Source: Octopus bimaculoides
Lineage: Eukaryota
NCBI RefSeq assembly: GCF_001194135.2
Contig: NC_068987.1
Location: forward strand, 95,706,298-95,770,297
DNA length: 64,000 nucleotides
Reading direction: 5' to 3'
In this document: in pieces, positions 51,441 through 64,000 of the stretch
Layout: each line of letters starts with the position of its first letter
Position numbering within the stretch: position 1 is the first letter of the stretch
The notes under the pieces: generated by a model
What the model saw: the letters and a program-made list of their open reading frames with translations, nothing else
What the model was told of the DNA's origin: nothing
The model's database searches: none
Translations under genes and position numbers: made by a program

Positions 51441-52558
51441 ATAGTAACAATATTTGAAAGTTTATACAACTAAATACCATGTCAACTTGTGTGCTCAAAA
51501 ATATGATTATCAAAACTCAAAACATATATATATAAATATAGAGAATAGCATTGATGTTAACAAGGTATGGCAAAATATGACAGCTAATAAATGTTTGATA
51601 GTTTAGAATATAATTGACGTTAACTGATTAACTTACTAACTTTTTCTGTTCAACTTTTACTTTTCTAAAAGTGTTGCTTTTTTTTCTTCTCTCATTCACT
51701 TACATGCTCAATTTTTCTGTATGTGTTTTGTTTTTCTGCAAATAATATTCTTTCTTTTTGCTTTATTTTATTTCACTATTTGTGGAAACTAGTGTTGTTT
51801 AGTGTAGATTCCCACTGGGCTGACATATATGTTGACTGAAGTTCCCAGATGGCATACCTGAGAATAAAATTGTAGCCAAGTTTGATATGATAGTTTTCAT
51901 GAATATATTTTAGCTTCATGTTGATAAAGCAGGGACTGTGATATTGTACCAAAGGTCTCTCAGTGGCGTGGCTCACGAGTATAAATCTGTTCATATATAT
52001 ATATATATATATANNNNNNNNNNNNNNNNNNNNNNNNNNNNNNNNNNNNNNNNNNNNNNNNNNNNNNNNNNNNNNNNNNNNNNNNNNNNNNNNNNNNNNN
52101 NNNNNNNNNNNNNNNNNNNNNNNNNNNNNNNNNNNNNNNNNNNNNNNNNNNNNNNNNNNNNNNNNNNNNNNNNNNNNNNNNNNNNNNNNNNNNNNNNNNN
52201 NNNNNNNNNNNNNNNNNNNNNNNNNNNNNNNNNNNNNNNNNNNNNNNNNNNNNNNNNNNNNNNNNNNNNNNNNNNNNNNNNNNNNNNNNNNNNNNNNNNN
52301 NNNNNNNNNNNNNNNNNNNNNNNNNNNNNNNNNNNNNNNNNNNNNNNNNNNNNNNNNNNNNNNNNNNNNNNNNNNNNNNNNNNNNNNNNNNNNNNNNNNN
52401 NNNNNNNNNNNNNNNNNNNNNNNNNNNNNNNNNNNNNNNNNNNNNNNNNNNNNNNNNNNNNNNNNNNNNNNNNNNNNNNNNNNNNNNNNNNNNNNNNNNN
52501 NNNNNNNNNNNNNNNNNNNNNNNNNNNNNNNNNNNNNNNNNNNNNNNNNNNATATATT

Positions 52559-52601
<43 letters not shown>

Positions 52602-54191
52602 ACACACACACACGTATACCATATTTTCTAGCATACAAGTCAAATTTTTCAAACCAAAATTTACAACTGAAAAAGGTAGGTTGACTTACACTAAGATAAC
52701 TTTAAAGGACCAAAAATTTCATGTGGAATGTAGCAGGATTTGGAATGATGGTGACAGTGTTTCAATGTTTACACTATGTACTATGTTGACTTGTATGCCA
52801 GGAAATGCAATACATAACAATATTCGGTTTGGGCTGAAATGCTTTGTTTTTTTTTTACATATTAGAAGCAGCACTTTGATATTTACATTTTGGTTTTACG
52901 TGTTTTTGAAAAATGTCCCTTTCATTTTTATTTTCATTTCACATCTTTGATCATGAAGAACATCACAATGTGAACTATCTCTTAAATAAAAATTTTTGCT
53001 TAATATTTTGTTAATTATTTTCCTGGTTGTGAATGTGATTTTGAATGTGAACCAAGTTAATTTCTCTGGAAATAGAATTTTGTACTTTAAATGATAGAAA
53101 AGATTCAACAGAAACTATGAAACAGTCCTGGCTTTGACTCTTTTAGTGGAAAGAACACAACTGTTATTTCCATAAGGAAACTCAAGTCTCTGTCCTTAAC
53201 ACTTAATTCTTAAGAGAAATAAGGAAGATCAGATTAGATGACTTAGATGTTTGGTTTATAGGGTAGCCAAGAAGTCAGTGGTTCATATCCTGGCATTTCT
53301 ATTGAAATGTGTTTATGACCAAGGCCTTTAGCACTCAGTGAGGGCACATGGCCCAGTTAGGATGTCGCACTCACAATCGCAAAGTCATGGTTTCAATTCC
53401 CAGACAGGGAATTAGTCCAGTCCACTCAACTACAAATGAGTAACACTGCAATACATAACTGGTGTCCCATCCAGAAATGTTGTGAACTCTGTTACTTATA
53501 TGCCCTGGAAACTGGGTAACTGCTCATATGAGTCCTGAAACTTAAGACAGTATTTACATTTTTTTACTTACTTAGCATTTAATGATGATATTACAAGATG
53601 GCAAGTAGTGGCAACACTGTAAAATTGACCTATGTTTTGTTTGCTTTCCGTTTTGAGTTCAAATTAGAAGGCAATGGACAAAACGATTCCAGTTTAAAAG
53701 TATTGCTTATGACCACTTTAATGTGGTTCTGGTTACAAAATAGGCAATACTTTTCGGTTCGTATATTGCTTCTATCTTGAACAGAGATTTTCTAATGGAC
53801 TAGTTTCTTATTCCAGTTTATTCTTCCCAATTAATTACTCTATGAAGACAAGATCTTCAAAGGTGTCTCAATAAACTAATAGGATGTGAGACTTGACTGG
53901 ATGATATTTGTAGATACTGAAGGTTTAAAACTGAAGGTTTATGTGAGAAAGAATGTAAATATAACATCATATATAAATATTTTTATAGACACAGGCTTAG
54001 CTGTGTGATTAAGAAGTTGAATTTGCAACCAGGCTGTTCCAGTTTTGATCCTACTGTATGGCACTTTGGGGGAAAGTGTGTTCTACTTGAACCTTGTGTC
54101 AAACAACTCTTTATGAGTAAAATTTGACAGACAGAAAGAAACTGTGCAAAAGACCTTAGTATATGTATGTATGTGTATGTATGTATGTATG

Positions 54192-54263
<72 letters not shown>

Positions 54264-54285
54264 CATACATACATACATACATACA

Positions 54286-54321
<36 letters not shown>

Positions 54322-55023
54322 TATATTTGTAATGACGAAATATTTAGTTGCTTGACAATACAAAAATCTATATGAAGTCCAAATACAAAAATATTTATTA
54401 ATCATTAACAAAGAAATGTTATGATGATAGTAGAAAAGAATATAATTACACTAAATGAGTCAGTTCATGTGTCTATGCTATGCAAGATGTATGCATTAAT
54501 AATGACTGTAGATTGTAATAGTTGTTGAATTCTATAGTGAGTGGTATAAATGCCTGTGCAGCAATTTGTCTTCACTGTCTGTCACAGAAAAGGCGCCCAA
54601 GACAAAACTGTTAATGATGTTCCAATAGGATGTTTACCCCAAAAATGGTGAGATTATTTACAAAGTGTTTTCCTGGAACCTGAATGGTTAGTAACTTACT
54701 GATATCATCAGTCTCTGACAAGATCCTGTTTGGTGTTTACAAGTACTTCCACATCTTAAACACAGTTATTTCAAGTTCAGTTCCAAGATAGTGAGTTAAT
54801 ATTTGGGACTCTGCCAATATATATATATCCTTTGCATTGAAAAAGTAGAAACTTGGTCATTTGATCAATGAAGAACTATCTGACTGGAATTAGTATTGTG
54901 GTTGATATGATTGACTTAAATCCTTGAAAGTGGTAACCCAGTATAGTCACAATCCACTGGTTGAACTGAATAAAACAACACCCTTTAATAATACGAAATA
55001 GTATAATACTAAAATAGTAGTAC

Positions 55024-55171
55024 GTGTGGTAAGTAGCTTGCCTACCAACCACATGGTTCCGGGTTCAGTCCCACTGCGTGGCACCTTGGGCAAGTGTCTT
55101 CTACTATAGGCTTGGGCCGACCAAAACCTTGTGAGTGGATTTGGTAGACGGAAACTGAAAGAAGCCCGTCG

Positions 55172-55202
<31 letters not shown>

Positions 55203-55415
55203 GTGTGTGTGTTTGTGTGTCTGTGTTTGTTCCCCCAACATCGCTTAACAACCGATGGTGGTGTGTTTACGTCCCCATAACTTAGCGGTTCGGCAAAAAG
55301 AGACCGATAGAATAAGCACTAGGCTTACAAAGAATAAGTCCTGGGGTTGATTTGCTCGACTAAAGGCGGTGCTCCAGCATGGCCGCAGTCAAATGACTGA
55401 AACAAGTGAAAGAGA
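55024..55415 (+). mobile_element. Young family-A tRNA SINE with internal (TA)n(TG)n linker
   Basis: gtggtaag A-box-like and gggttcagtccc B-box-like motifs, CpG-rich body, and gtcaaatgactgaaacaag tail. Confidence 0.9.
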
Positions 55416-56379
55416 GGGTAAAGAGATGTTTTTGCAGTAAATAAATCATATAAAACATGATGACTATAAAGCAGGTATTTATTTTGAACAAACGTATGTT
55501 TTTTTTTGAGAGTGGGAGGTACATTTTATTCTAAGAAAAATATTAAGTAACTCTTTTTCTGAATGTGGAAAATTTGTGAACTTATCTACAAGCTTAGTTA
55601 CAGTATAGTACGCTGATAAGGTCAACTATATTGAAACATATATCCATGGTTGACCTTTGTTTGCAAACAAAGGTTATGCTGTCCTTTGCCAAACCACATA
55701 AATTAATTTGAGAAATTTATTCTTAATCTTTTGAAGTTATCTCCCCCTTTTCTATGAATATTACTAGCAATTCTTATTAGGTTTTCATTTTCTTTCTCCA
55801 ACTGAGGGAAATTTGAATCAATTTAGATTTTCTTTATTTTCTTTTCTTTTCTTTTTTCTTTTCTTTTTTTTTTTTTTGTTGTTGCATAGGATTTTCAGGA
55901 CATCACGCTTTATTAATTTTTTTTCTTTCTTTTTTGTGCACAGCTTTATCTACTTTGCATGATGAATGTTCAATATGTGAAGATATTAATATGTCTTATC
56001 CATATATACCATAAATATTAAAGAATAGTATTTTATATCTTTTTTAAGAAACAAGACTGATAGCATTGATTAAAGTATAAATAATCTGGTGATTTTAGAG
56101 ATCCAAAGGGACTATAAATTATGAACAATACAAGTGTATTCGATTGATTATTTTTATTTTATATATTTGTATGCGTTATTCCATTCCCTTCAGTTCCATA
56201 ATATATGTACACACATGCAGACACAGCTTAATATGCATATGCATGCAGACATCACTTAATCTACATACATTTGTAGACATGGGTTAATGTTTCTAGACAT
56301 AGAGACACAACTTAGAGTGGAACAGTGTTCCACCGTCACTTCTTTCTTCTACAAAGTATCCTTATTTTCCGTCTTTCAG

Positions 56380-56482
56380 GAATCAAAGATGTACCGATGT
56401 GATGATAGACCTCACAGTGTGGCCAACTTGAATGAAAGGTTCAAAAAGTCCCAGTATGCTACAATAGATGAAGTTCTATCAG
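56380..56482 (+). CDS. RAB11FIP: Probable Rab11-FIP linker exon, 103 nt: ESKMYRCDDRPHSVANLNERFKKSQYATIDEVLS(G)
   Basis: Strong ttttccgtctttcag acceptor. Phase-0 start matches the end of 33721, and the frame is open with non-repetitive composition. Donor CAG|gtgaac is only moderate. Confidence 0.7.
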
Positions 56483-56836
56483 GTGAACAGCTCCTTTCTT
56501 CCCTTTCTTTTTCTCTCTCTCTCTCTATCTATCTATCTACCAATTTCTCTTCCCCATGGTCTTTCTCTCTCAATCATAATTTTCTCTTTCTCTTTCCTTC
56601 TCCCTCTATTTATGTTTATGTCTCCCTTTCATTTTTTCTCTTAATCATAGCTTCTCTCTCTTTCTTTATCTCTCTCTCTTTATTTGTCTCCCTCTCACGT
56701 TTTCTCTTATTCATAGTCTTCCTCTCTCAATCCTTATTTTTTCTCTCCCTCCTTTCTCTCTCTCTCCCTCCCTCCCTATCTATCTATCTATCTATTTATC
56801 GTTATTTGTCTGCATCTCACTTTCTCTTTTCCTCAT

Positions 56837-56889
<53 letters not shown>

Positions 56890-56956
56890 NNNNNNNNNNN
56901 NNNNNNNNNNNNNNNNNNNNNNNNNNNNNNNNNNNNNNNNNNNNNNNNNNNNNNNN

Positions 56957-57007
<51 letters not shown>

Positions 57008-57178
57008 ATTCTCACCTTTGTTACTTTTTCTCACTTTCTCTTTTTCCTCGTTCTCTTTCATTCTATTTTTCCTTTGACTTGTCATTCATTTATCATTCAT
57101 TCCTTTGTATGCATACATATATACATACATACATTTGCATATACATATATGCATAATTTAAATAGAAATAGGTTATAC

Positions 57179-57223
<45 letters not shown>

Positions 57224-57621
57224 CATGTGTGTGGGTGTGTGCTTACATGCATATATAAATAGAGCATATGAGTGAACCGTGATCCTCTGACCCATCTAGG
57301 AGAGCTGTAACTTCAAATGAAGTACTGAGTCAGACTATGACAACCTTTCCAACCCATACCAGCATGGAAAGCAGACATAAAAGGAGGAGGAAGAGGAGAA
57401 TGACGATAACAACAACAACAATGACAATGACAATGACGACATATTCATAGTTGTATACTATAAATAGATGAAGGTTGCATATATGTGTGTATAAGTTATA
57501 TATATGTATAAGTTTTATAAGTGTGTATAAGTTATATATGTGCATATATGTGTGTGTGTGTGTGTGTGCGTGTATAAGTTATATATATGTCTAAGTGTGT
57601 TTATGTGTGTTCATATATACA

Positions 57622-57992
57622 TTTATTACCTCCACCTTTTCTAAGGCAGAAGTATTGTTTTCAGTTGTGTTTGTTTGTTTGTCCATGGACAAGATATCTC
57701 AAGAGCCGCTGGATGGATTTGGATGAAACTTTCAGGGATGTTTGGCCTGGTGACTGGCATGAACTGATTAGATTTTGGGATTGATCCGGTACCGAACAAC
57801 AATTCTGGATTATTTTTCCTGTTTTTTTACTTAATTTTTGAGAGCAGTTGGGTTCATTTTTAGTATTCTCATTTGTGAGAGCAGTCAAGTTTATTTCAAA
57901 TATTCTCAATTTAAAAATTATCTCCGGCTAATCTTTGAGAGGATGTTGGTGTTGCCTTGGCAGAGGTTTGCGCTCTCTGAGTGCTCTTGTTT
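57622..57992 (+). mobile_element. Helentron-associated non-autonomous element (HINE/DINE-like)
   Basis: 5' subTIR ACCTCCACC with a nearby inverted partner GGCAGAAGT, gtttgtttgtttgtc repeat, 3' subTIR GGCAGAGGT, terminal hairpin GCGCTC-tct-GAGTGC, and T-rich ends. Confidence 0.8.
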
Positions 57993-59664
57993 ATACATAT
58001 ATTCACCGGTGTTTACTATAAATAGAAAATAACTTTAGTTCATATATGTGGGCACTAGCATGGTTGTGTGGTAAGAAGTTTGCTTCCAAACTACATGGTT
58101 CCGGGTTCAGTCTTACCGTGTGGTACCATGGGCAAGTGTTTTCCCATGGATTTTAATGGTTTCATAATAAAACAGTTGGGGGTTTTAAAGTGACTACAAT
58201 CAAACATTTTGGGATTTAATCATCATCACTTTCATCATTGTTTAACGTTCGCATTCCATGCTGGCATGGGTTGGACGGTTTGACAAGAGCTTGCACCAGA
58301 CTTCTGTGTCTGTTTTGGCAGGGTTTTTACAGTTGGCTGTCTTTCCTAACACCAAGCACCCAGCAGAGTGGACAGGCACCAGCACAGGTGGGGTCAGTTT
58401 TGGTGTGGCTTTTATGGCTGGATGCCCTTCCAAATGCCAACCACTTTACAGTGTGATCGGGATGCTTTTTACACTGGCAGGGTCACCAAGTAACTTGAAA
58501 GACAAAGCTCCTTTGAAGGGGCAGAGGACATTGGAGGAGGTGATCTTGTGTCAGATGATGAAAGGTTATAGCGAGAAAGAGAGACAGAAACAGGTGTCTT
58601 GCTGTAGAGGAGATACATGGTTAGCAATGTTAATAAAGCTAGAAATGTTTATTAACATTCCTTGGTTTATTAGAAATGTTAATAAACATTTGTAATAAAT
58701 GCTTAATTAAAATGTTTATTTCTAATAAACCAAAATTTTTGTGAATGGATTTGGTAGGTGAAAACTGAACGAAACCTGCTGTGTATGTGTGTGTTACTGT
58801 CTCCTTGCCTTGACATCAGTTACAAGCAATTGTTACCATCATGCAAATGGTGTCCTTCATTAGAAACAGGTGAGGGTTGGCGACAGGAAGAGTATCCAGC
58901 TATAGAAAATCCACCTTAACAAATTTCATCTGTACTATGTGAATGTTAAAATGCAGATGATGATGTTTATGTATGTGGGTGTTTCTATAAGTGTGTTTAT
59001 CTGTGTGCATACTTACATTTGTATATATTTTCATATCTACAGCTCTAACCACTAAGCCATGTGTCTTCACACATATATACATACATCATACACACACACA
59101 TATCCAAATATCCAGGAGACAGTGATCACACCTTCCTGAAGAACCATTAATGAAGAATGACATGTGTTCTGTTTTGATTGAACCTGTTCTATAACTGTTA
59201 ATATTTTCTTGTTTGTGCTGGCTGAAAATCCAAGCAAATATTATCATCACCAACGCACTTCAACCAGCACCACCGCCCCACCACCATAACCAGTGCCTCC
59301 ACCACCACTACTACAGTTAACAACCACTGCATTATCAGCAACAGACTCAATAACAACTACTTGGATTTTATTATGGGTGTGAGTTTGATTCCTGGTGTGT
59401 TGTGTCCTTTATTTCACATTGCTCCAGTCCTCTCAGCTGGCAAAAATGAGTTGCATCTACAATTCAAAGGGTCAGCCTTGTCACATTCTGTGTCATGCTG
59501 GATCTCCCTGAGCACTACATTAAAGCTATGTGTGTCTATGGAATACTCATCCACTTACACAGTAATTTCATGAGCAGGCTGTTCCATTGATTGGATCAGC
59601 TGAAACTCTTGTTGTCAAAACCAATGGCATGCCAATTTTATATCTACAGCTGTATATTATAAAT

Positions 59665-61400
59665 AGATGATTCCACTCTTTTCCAGTCTGTTCTACTCTT
59701 CATTTACAATTTCAATTGCCGTGAATGGTACTTTTCTGCTAAATATAAATACAGGCACAGCATTTTCACTTACTTGAAAATAGGCTTCAGTTTTTTTTTA
59801 CATAGACCTATGTCCTCCAATAGTACTTGAGGAAACATCTTTTACAGTTTTCTCTTCAATTCCTCAGACAATTTATTTTTAACAGGACAACCATTTATGT
59901 TTTTAGAGTAGAGTCTTATGGGGAAGTGCCATAAGTCAAATAACTCTAACCAATCTGTACCAAACAGATTGATTGTATTCTCCACAATGAATATTTTTGC
60001 TTCACATGTTTCTCCTCAAAATGTGACATCTGTACACATTTCGCCCATGAAATATAATTTATCGCCTGTCATGCCACACACAATTTTCAGTTTCACATAA
60101 CCTTGGTTTCCCGATTTCTCTCTATATATCTGCATTTATGATTGAAATGTCACTACCCATATCCAACTGTAGTTTAATACTTACACCATTTATTTTTACA
60201 TGTATAAATTTTCTTGTTTTTGTGTCATATTCACTTTCTGCTGAAAACACCCTAGAACTTTTTGTGTTCGATCCTCGTAATCTTGTCCTGCAGTATGAGC
60301 TCTTGTAACCAAGTTTCTGACAACTATAGAATTTTCAGTTTTTTAACAGACACTCTTTTCTGAAGTGTAGGCCTTCACATCCATAACATGGATTAGAGCT
60401 TGGCACTCTTTTTTGGTTGTACTTTACAGGTCGACACATCTGTATTTTTGCGGAATCTTTCTCTTGAATTTTTCTCATGTCATGCTTCAGGTTTACTATT
60501 GTTTGACATTTTTCTGCAATGGTCTGTAGGGTTAAGTCTTGGTTCACTTGCTCCATTTTTGAAAGAATCCTTGCTCAAAATTCTCTATTTTCAGTTGCTG
60601 TAAGGCCTTGTACAGAGATAAGGGATTTAAACATATCCTGAGTGAGTTTCTGGAGTTTAAAGTTTTCACACATGCAGTTGACTACTCCAGTATATGTAAT
60701 AAAGTCATTATCGTCGTTTTTTGTTACGTTCCAACACTCTATTCAAGTGTTGAATAACAAACTTTTGTCACAAAAGATCTTTGAGAGTAATTCAATAGTT
60801 TCTCAGAAACACATCTCACTTGACTTTTTGGACAATATAAAGTTACAGTAGCGTTCATGCTCAGCCGGAGCTACCTTGTGTAGTAATAGCCTCACTTTCT
60901 CCTCATCCAATCATGACTTGCAATCTTCGTTAAAAATTTCCTCGTACCTTCTATTGTACACAGGAAACGTAATACCTTCTTCCGGATTATAAGTGAATTC
61001 AGAAATTGAGTTCACCATGTCGTCTGGTGTAAACAAACTTTTTCAGACTTCCTTGACTGACACTTAATTAACTGTTGTTGTTGTAATATTTGCTTCTGCA
61101 ACTCCTGTAGCTGTTCCTGTTGCTTCTCTTGAAGCTGTATTACTGCAACTAATAGGTTCTCCATAATTTAACAAATTGTCAAATAATCTATGGGAGCTTT
61201 GAAAAATCCTCATCACCAGATGTTACATCCTTAAGCCCCCAATATCATAGTACAGTTGATATTGTTGACGATTGATAAAGAATACAAACAACGGCAGTAA
61301 CAAACATGCAATGAACCAACAATCACTGTTTCCAACATACTAACTTGAACTGTAAGTTGTACCTGGACTTTGAAGACCAGACTATGAACTGCCGACTACA
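59665..61400 (-). mobile_element. Gypsy (Mag/K02A2.6-like) LTR retrotransposon remnant: 5' LTR, PBS, gag, protease, start of RT
   Basis: LTR 61221-61400 (TGT...ACA) and PBS TGGTGATGAGGAT at 61206-61218. ATG at 61164, then gag FTYNPEEGITF..KVRLLL..EHERYCNFIL, knuckle CYGCEGLHFRKEC, protease LQLDMGSDISII, and RT start VPFTAIEIVNEE*NRLEKSGII. Multiple stops and frameshifts. Confidence 0.92.
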
Positions 61401-62010
61401 TCAGACCATTACTATTTATATGTAGTGGTCCCATCTATTCTCATCAGAGGGTGTCTTACTCTTGCCACAACAGTTTCCATCTGCCAAAGGCTTTGGTTAG
61501 CTCAGGGCTATAGTAGAATACTCACAAGGCTTTGGTTAGCTCTGGGCTATAGTAGAATACACTTGCTTGAGGTGCCATGCAGTGGGACTGAACCCAGAAC
61601 CATGTGGTTGGGAAGCAAATTTCTTACTACACAGCCATGCCTGTACCAATTTTATTCACAAAGCTTCAGTCAACCCAAAAATAAGAAGAAAAAAAAAATG
61701 TCACTCAGCAAGATTGAACCTATGACCTCATGATTACAAAGTAAATTTCTTAAACACTTAACCATGCCTTCACTCATAGCAGGAGTCTATATAGTTTAAG
61801 TAAGCTTCACACGTAGTAACCGATATTGGAAGATTTGCATGTATGAGTCAGATGCTTCTTAGTGGAAAATAATAACAAAAGTTAGCAATTTTTACCAGTT
61901 AGTCAAGAATTATGTTGCAGTTGTTATGTTAAGCTGCAGTTAGCTAATTAATTAGTTAAGACAGAAGATATCTTTTACTCGCAATAGCATCTTTGTATCT
62001 TGATAATCAC

Positions 62011-62044
<34 letters not shown>

Positions 62045-62581
62045 GTAGTCGTCGTCATCATTTAATGTCTACTTTTCCATGCTTGTATGGATCAAATGAA
62101 ATTTGTTAAGGCAGCTATTCAAGGCCAGATACCCTTTCTGACACCATGTTTCCAAGGAAGGTAATATATGCCCCATGGCTAGACATGTTCTTCATGAAAG
62201 ACTGGTAGCAAACAAACAGCCTTGCTCATATGATGATGATGATGATGATGCTCACTTACGACCATTACATGATGCCTAGACAAAGGTACACATGCACGCG
62301 CACACACGCATACACATGCATACACATGCACATATGTATTGGTTTCAAATTTTGGCACAATGCCAGCAAGTTCAGAGAATGGTGGTTGGTCGATTACATC
62401 AACCTCAGTGCTTAACTGGTGCTTATTTTATCAACCTTGAAAGGATAGAAAGGCAAAAATCGACCTCCACAGAATTTGCATTCAGAATATAATGATGGAA
62501 GAAATGGCGCTAAGCATTTTTGTCTGACGAGCTAATGATTCTGCTAACTTGCCATCTTACTACACACACACACACATGCAT

Positions 62582-62620
<39 letters not shown>

Positions 62621-63003
62621 AAGGCAGGTGGCTTAGTGGTTAGGGTATTTAGCTCATGATCATAAGGTCATGAGTTCAATTCCCAGCAACACATTGCATC
62701 CTTTGAGCGAGATACTTTATTTCTCATTGTTCCTGTCCATTTAGCTGACAAAAATGAGTAGTACCTGTATTTGAAAGGGCCAGTCTTGTCACATTCTGTG
62801 TCATGCTGAATCTCCCTGAGAACTACATTAAGGATACACATGTCTGTGGAGTAGTCAGCCACTTGCATGTTAATTTCTTGAGCAGGCTGTTCCAGTGATC
62901 AGATCAATTTGAACCTTCATCGTCATAACTAACAGAGTGCCAGGATATATATATATATATATATATATATCAAATAATAAGCAACACGGATTTCAAAAGT
63001 GAT

Positions 63004-63092
63004 TGCAGTACGCACGTTTCATGCTACTTCAATTTATTTAAGTAATGTGAGCATTACCTTAAATGCAATATGAAGAGCAATCTTCAGCTGCA
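63004..63092 (-). ncRNA. Penelope-type hammerhead ribozyme motif with extended stem II
   Basis: Minus strand reads UGCAG-CUGAAGA-[UUGCU CUUCA..UUAAGGUAAUG cuca CAUUACUUAA..UGAAG UAGCAU]-GAAA-CGUGCG-UA-CUGCA. Stem I is 5 bp, the site is GUA, and stem III is the self-complementary ACGUGCGU. Confidence 0.7.
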
Positions 63093-64000
63093 CGAAAAGA
63101 TGTAGAAAAAAAAGACATATTACAAATGTGGCAACATATTAAAACCAAGTGGGAGAGAGCAGAGGAAGAATATATAAGTCCATCTTGACATAGCAGGGTC
63201 TATCAGACTAGCCTGATAGACNNNNNNNNNNNNNNNNNNNNNNNNNNNNNNNNNNNNNNNNNNNNNNNNNNNNNNNNNNNNNNNNNNNNNNNNNNNNNNN
63301 NNNNNNNNNNNNNNNNNNNNNNNNNNNNNNNNNNNNNNNNNNNNNNNNNNNNNNNNNNNNNNNNNNNNNNNNNNNNNNNNNNNNNNNNNNNNNNNNNNNN
63401 NNNNNNNNNNNNNNNNNNNNNNNNNNNNNNNNNNNNNNNNNNNNNNNNNNNNNNNNNNNNNNNNNNNNNNNNNNNNNNNNNNNNNNNNNNNNNNNNNNNN
63501 NNNNNNNNNNNNNNNNNNNNNNNNNNNNNNNNNNNNNNNNNNNNNNNNNNNNNNNNNNNNNNNNNNNNNNNNNNNNNNNNNNNNNNNNNNNNNNNNNNNN
63601 NNNNNNNNNNNNNNNNNNNNNNNNNNNNNNNNNNNNNNNNNNNNNNNNNNNNNNNNNNNNNNNNNNNNNNNNNNNNNNNNNNNNNNNNNNNNNNNNNNNN
63701 NNNNATATATCAAAAGGATGCATTATAATACTATTCCACATTTACAAAAACAGCCATACCAACAATCCAACATGCCTCCATCATCAGTTGCCCCATGGAT
63801 ATCATTATGGTTTCAACACCTGGGTGCTACCATTCAATCCAGCAGTGTCAACTTCACTAAAATAAGTGTTGTTTGAGAAGAAACATACAAAAGAAACCAC
63901 AACCTTCAAACACATTTACCCTATGTACAACAGTATTGGTAACTAAATTTAATAAGTAAATCAATAACTAACTCCTAAATATGTAACTAAACAGAAACCA

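Noticed and set aside
55890-55916. Strong acceptor followed by DFQDITLY*
   Set aside because: T-rich tracts are ubiquitous here and there is no donor or other support.
61389-61399. CTGCCGACTAC match to the tRNA-Ser(AGA) 3' end at the LTR edge
   Set aside because: An 11-nt match at the LTR terminus is plausibly chance; the true PBS is at 61206-61218.

Overview
This is AT-rich, microsatellite- and SINE-saturated animal genomic DNA with 12 assembly N-gaps. The repeat content strongly resembles Octopus (coleoid cephalopod); that assignment is inference. The window is the intron-dominated interior of one plus-strand gene, a class I Rab11 family-interacting protein (Rab11-FIP/Rip11-like). Six GT-AG exons with consistent phases (9785-9823, 19697-19799, 21014-21142, 30792-30955, 33612-33721, 56380-56482) give the N-terminal C2 domain and the start of the linker. 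Exon 1 and the C-terminal Rab11-binding domain were not found and probably lie outside the window. The introns hold decayed mariner (DD34D) and maT (DD37D) transposons, RTE and R4/Dong LINE fragments, and a Mag-like Gypsy remnant with LTR and tRNA-Ser PBS. They also hold a Helentron-type HINE, TTAA/hAT/TA MITEs (one set nested three deep) and at least four SINE families. The most notable non-obvious signals are: (1) Penelope-type minimal hammerhead ribozyme motifs, core-intact when antisense to the host gene and core-mutated when sense; (2) several long, near-perfect fold-back palindromes, two of which bracket one exon; (3) a candidate alternative exon ending in ATG that would give a C2-less isoform. 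No CRISPR array, rRNA or genuine tRNA gene was found.
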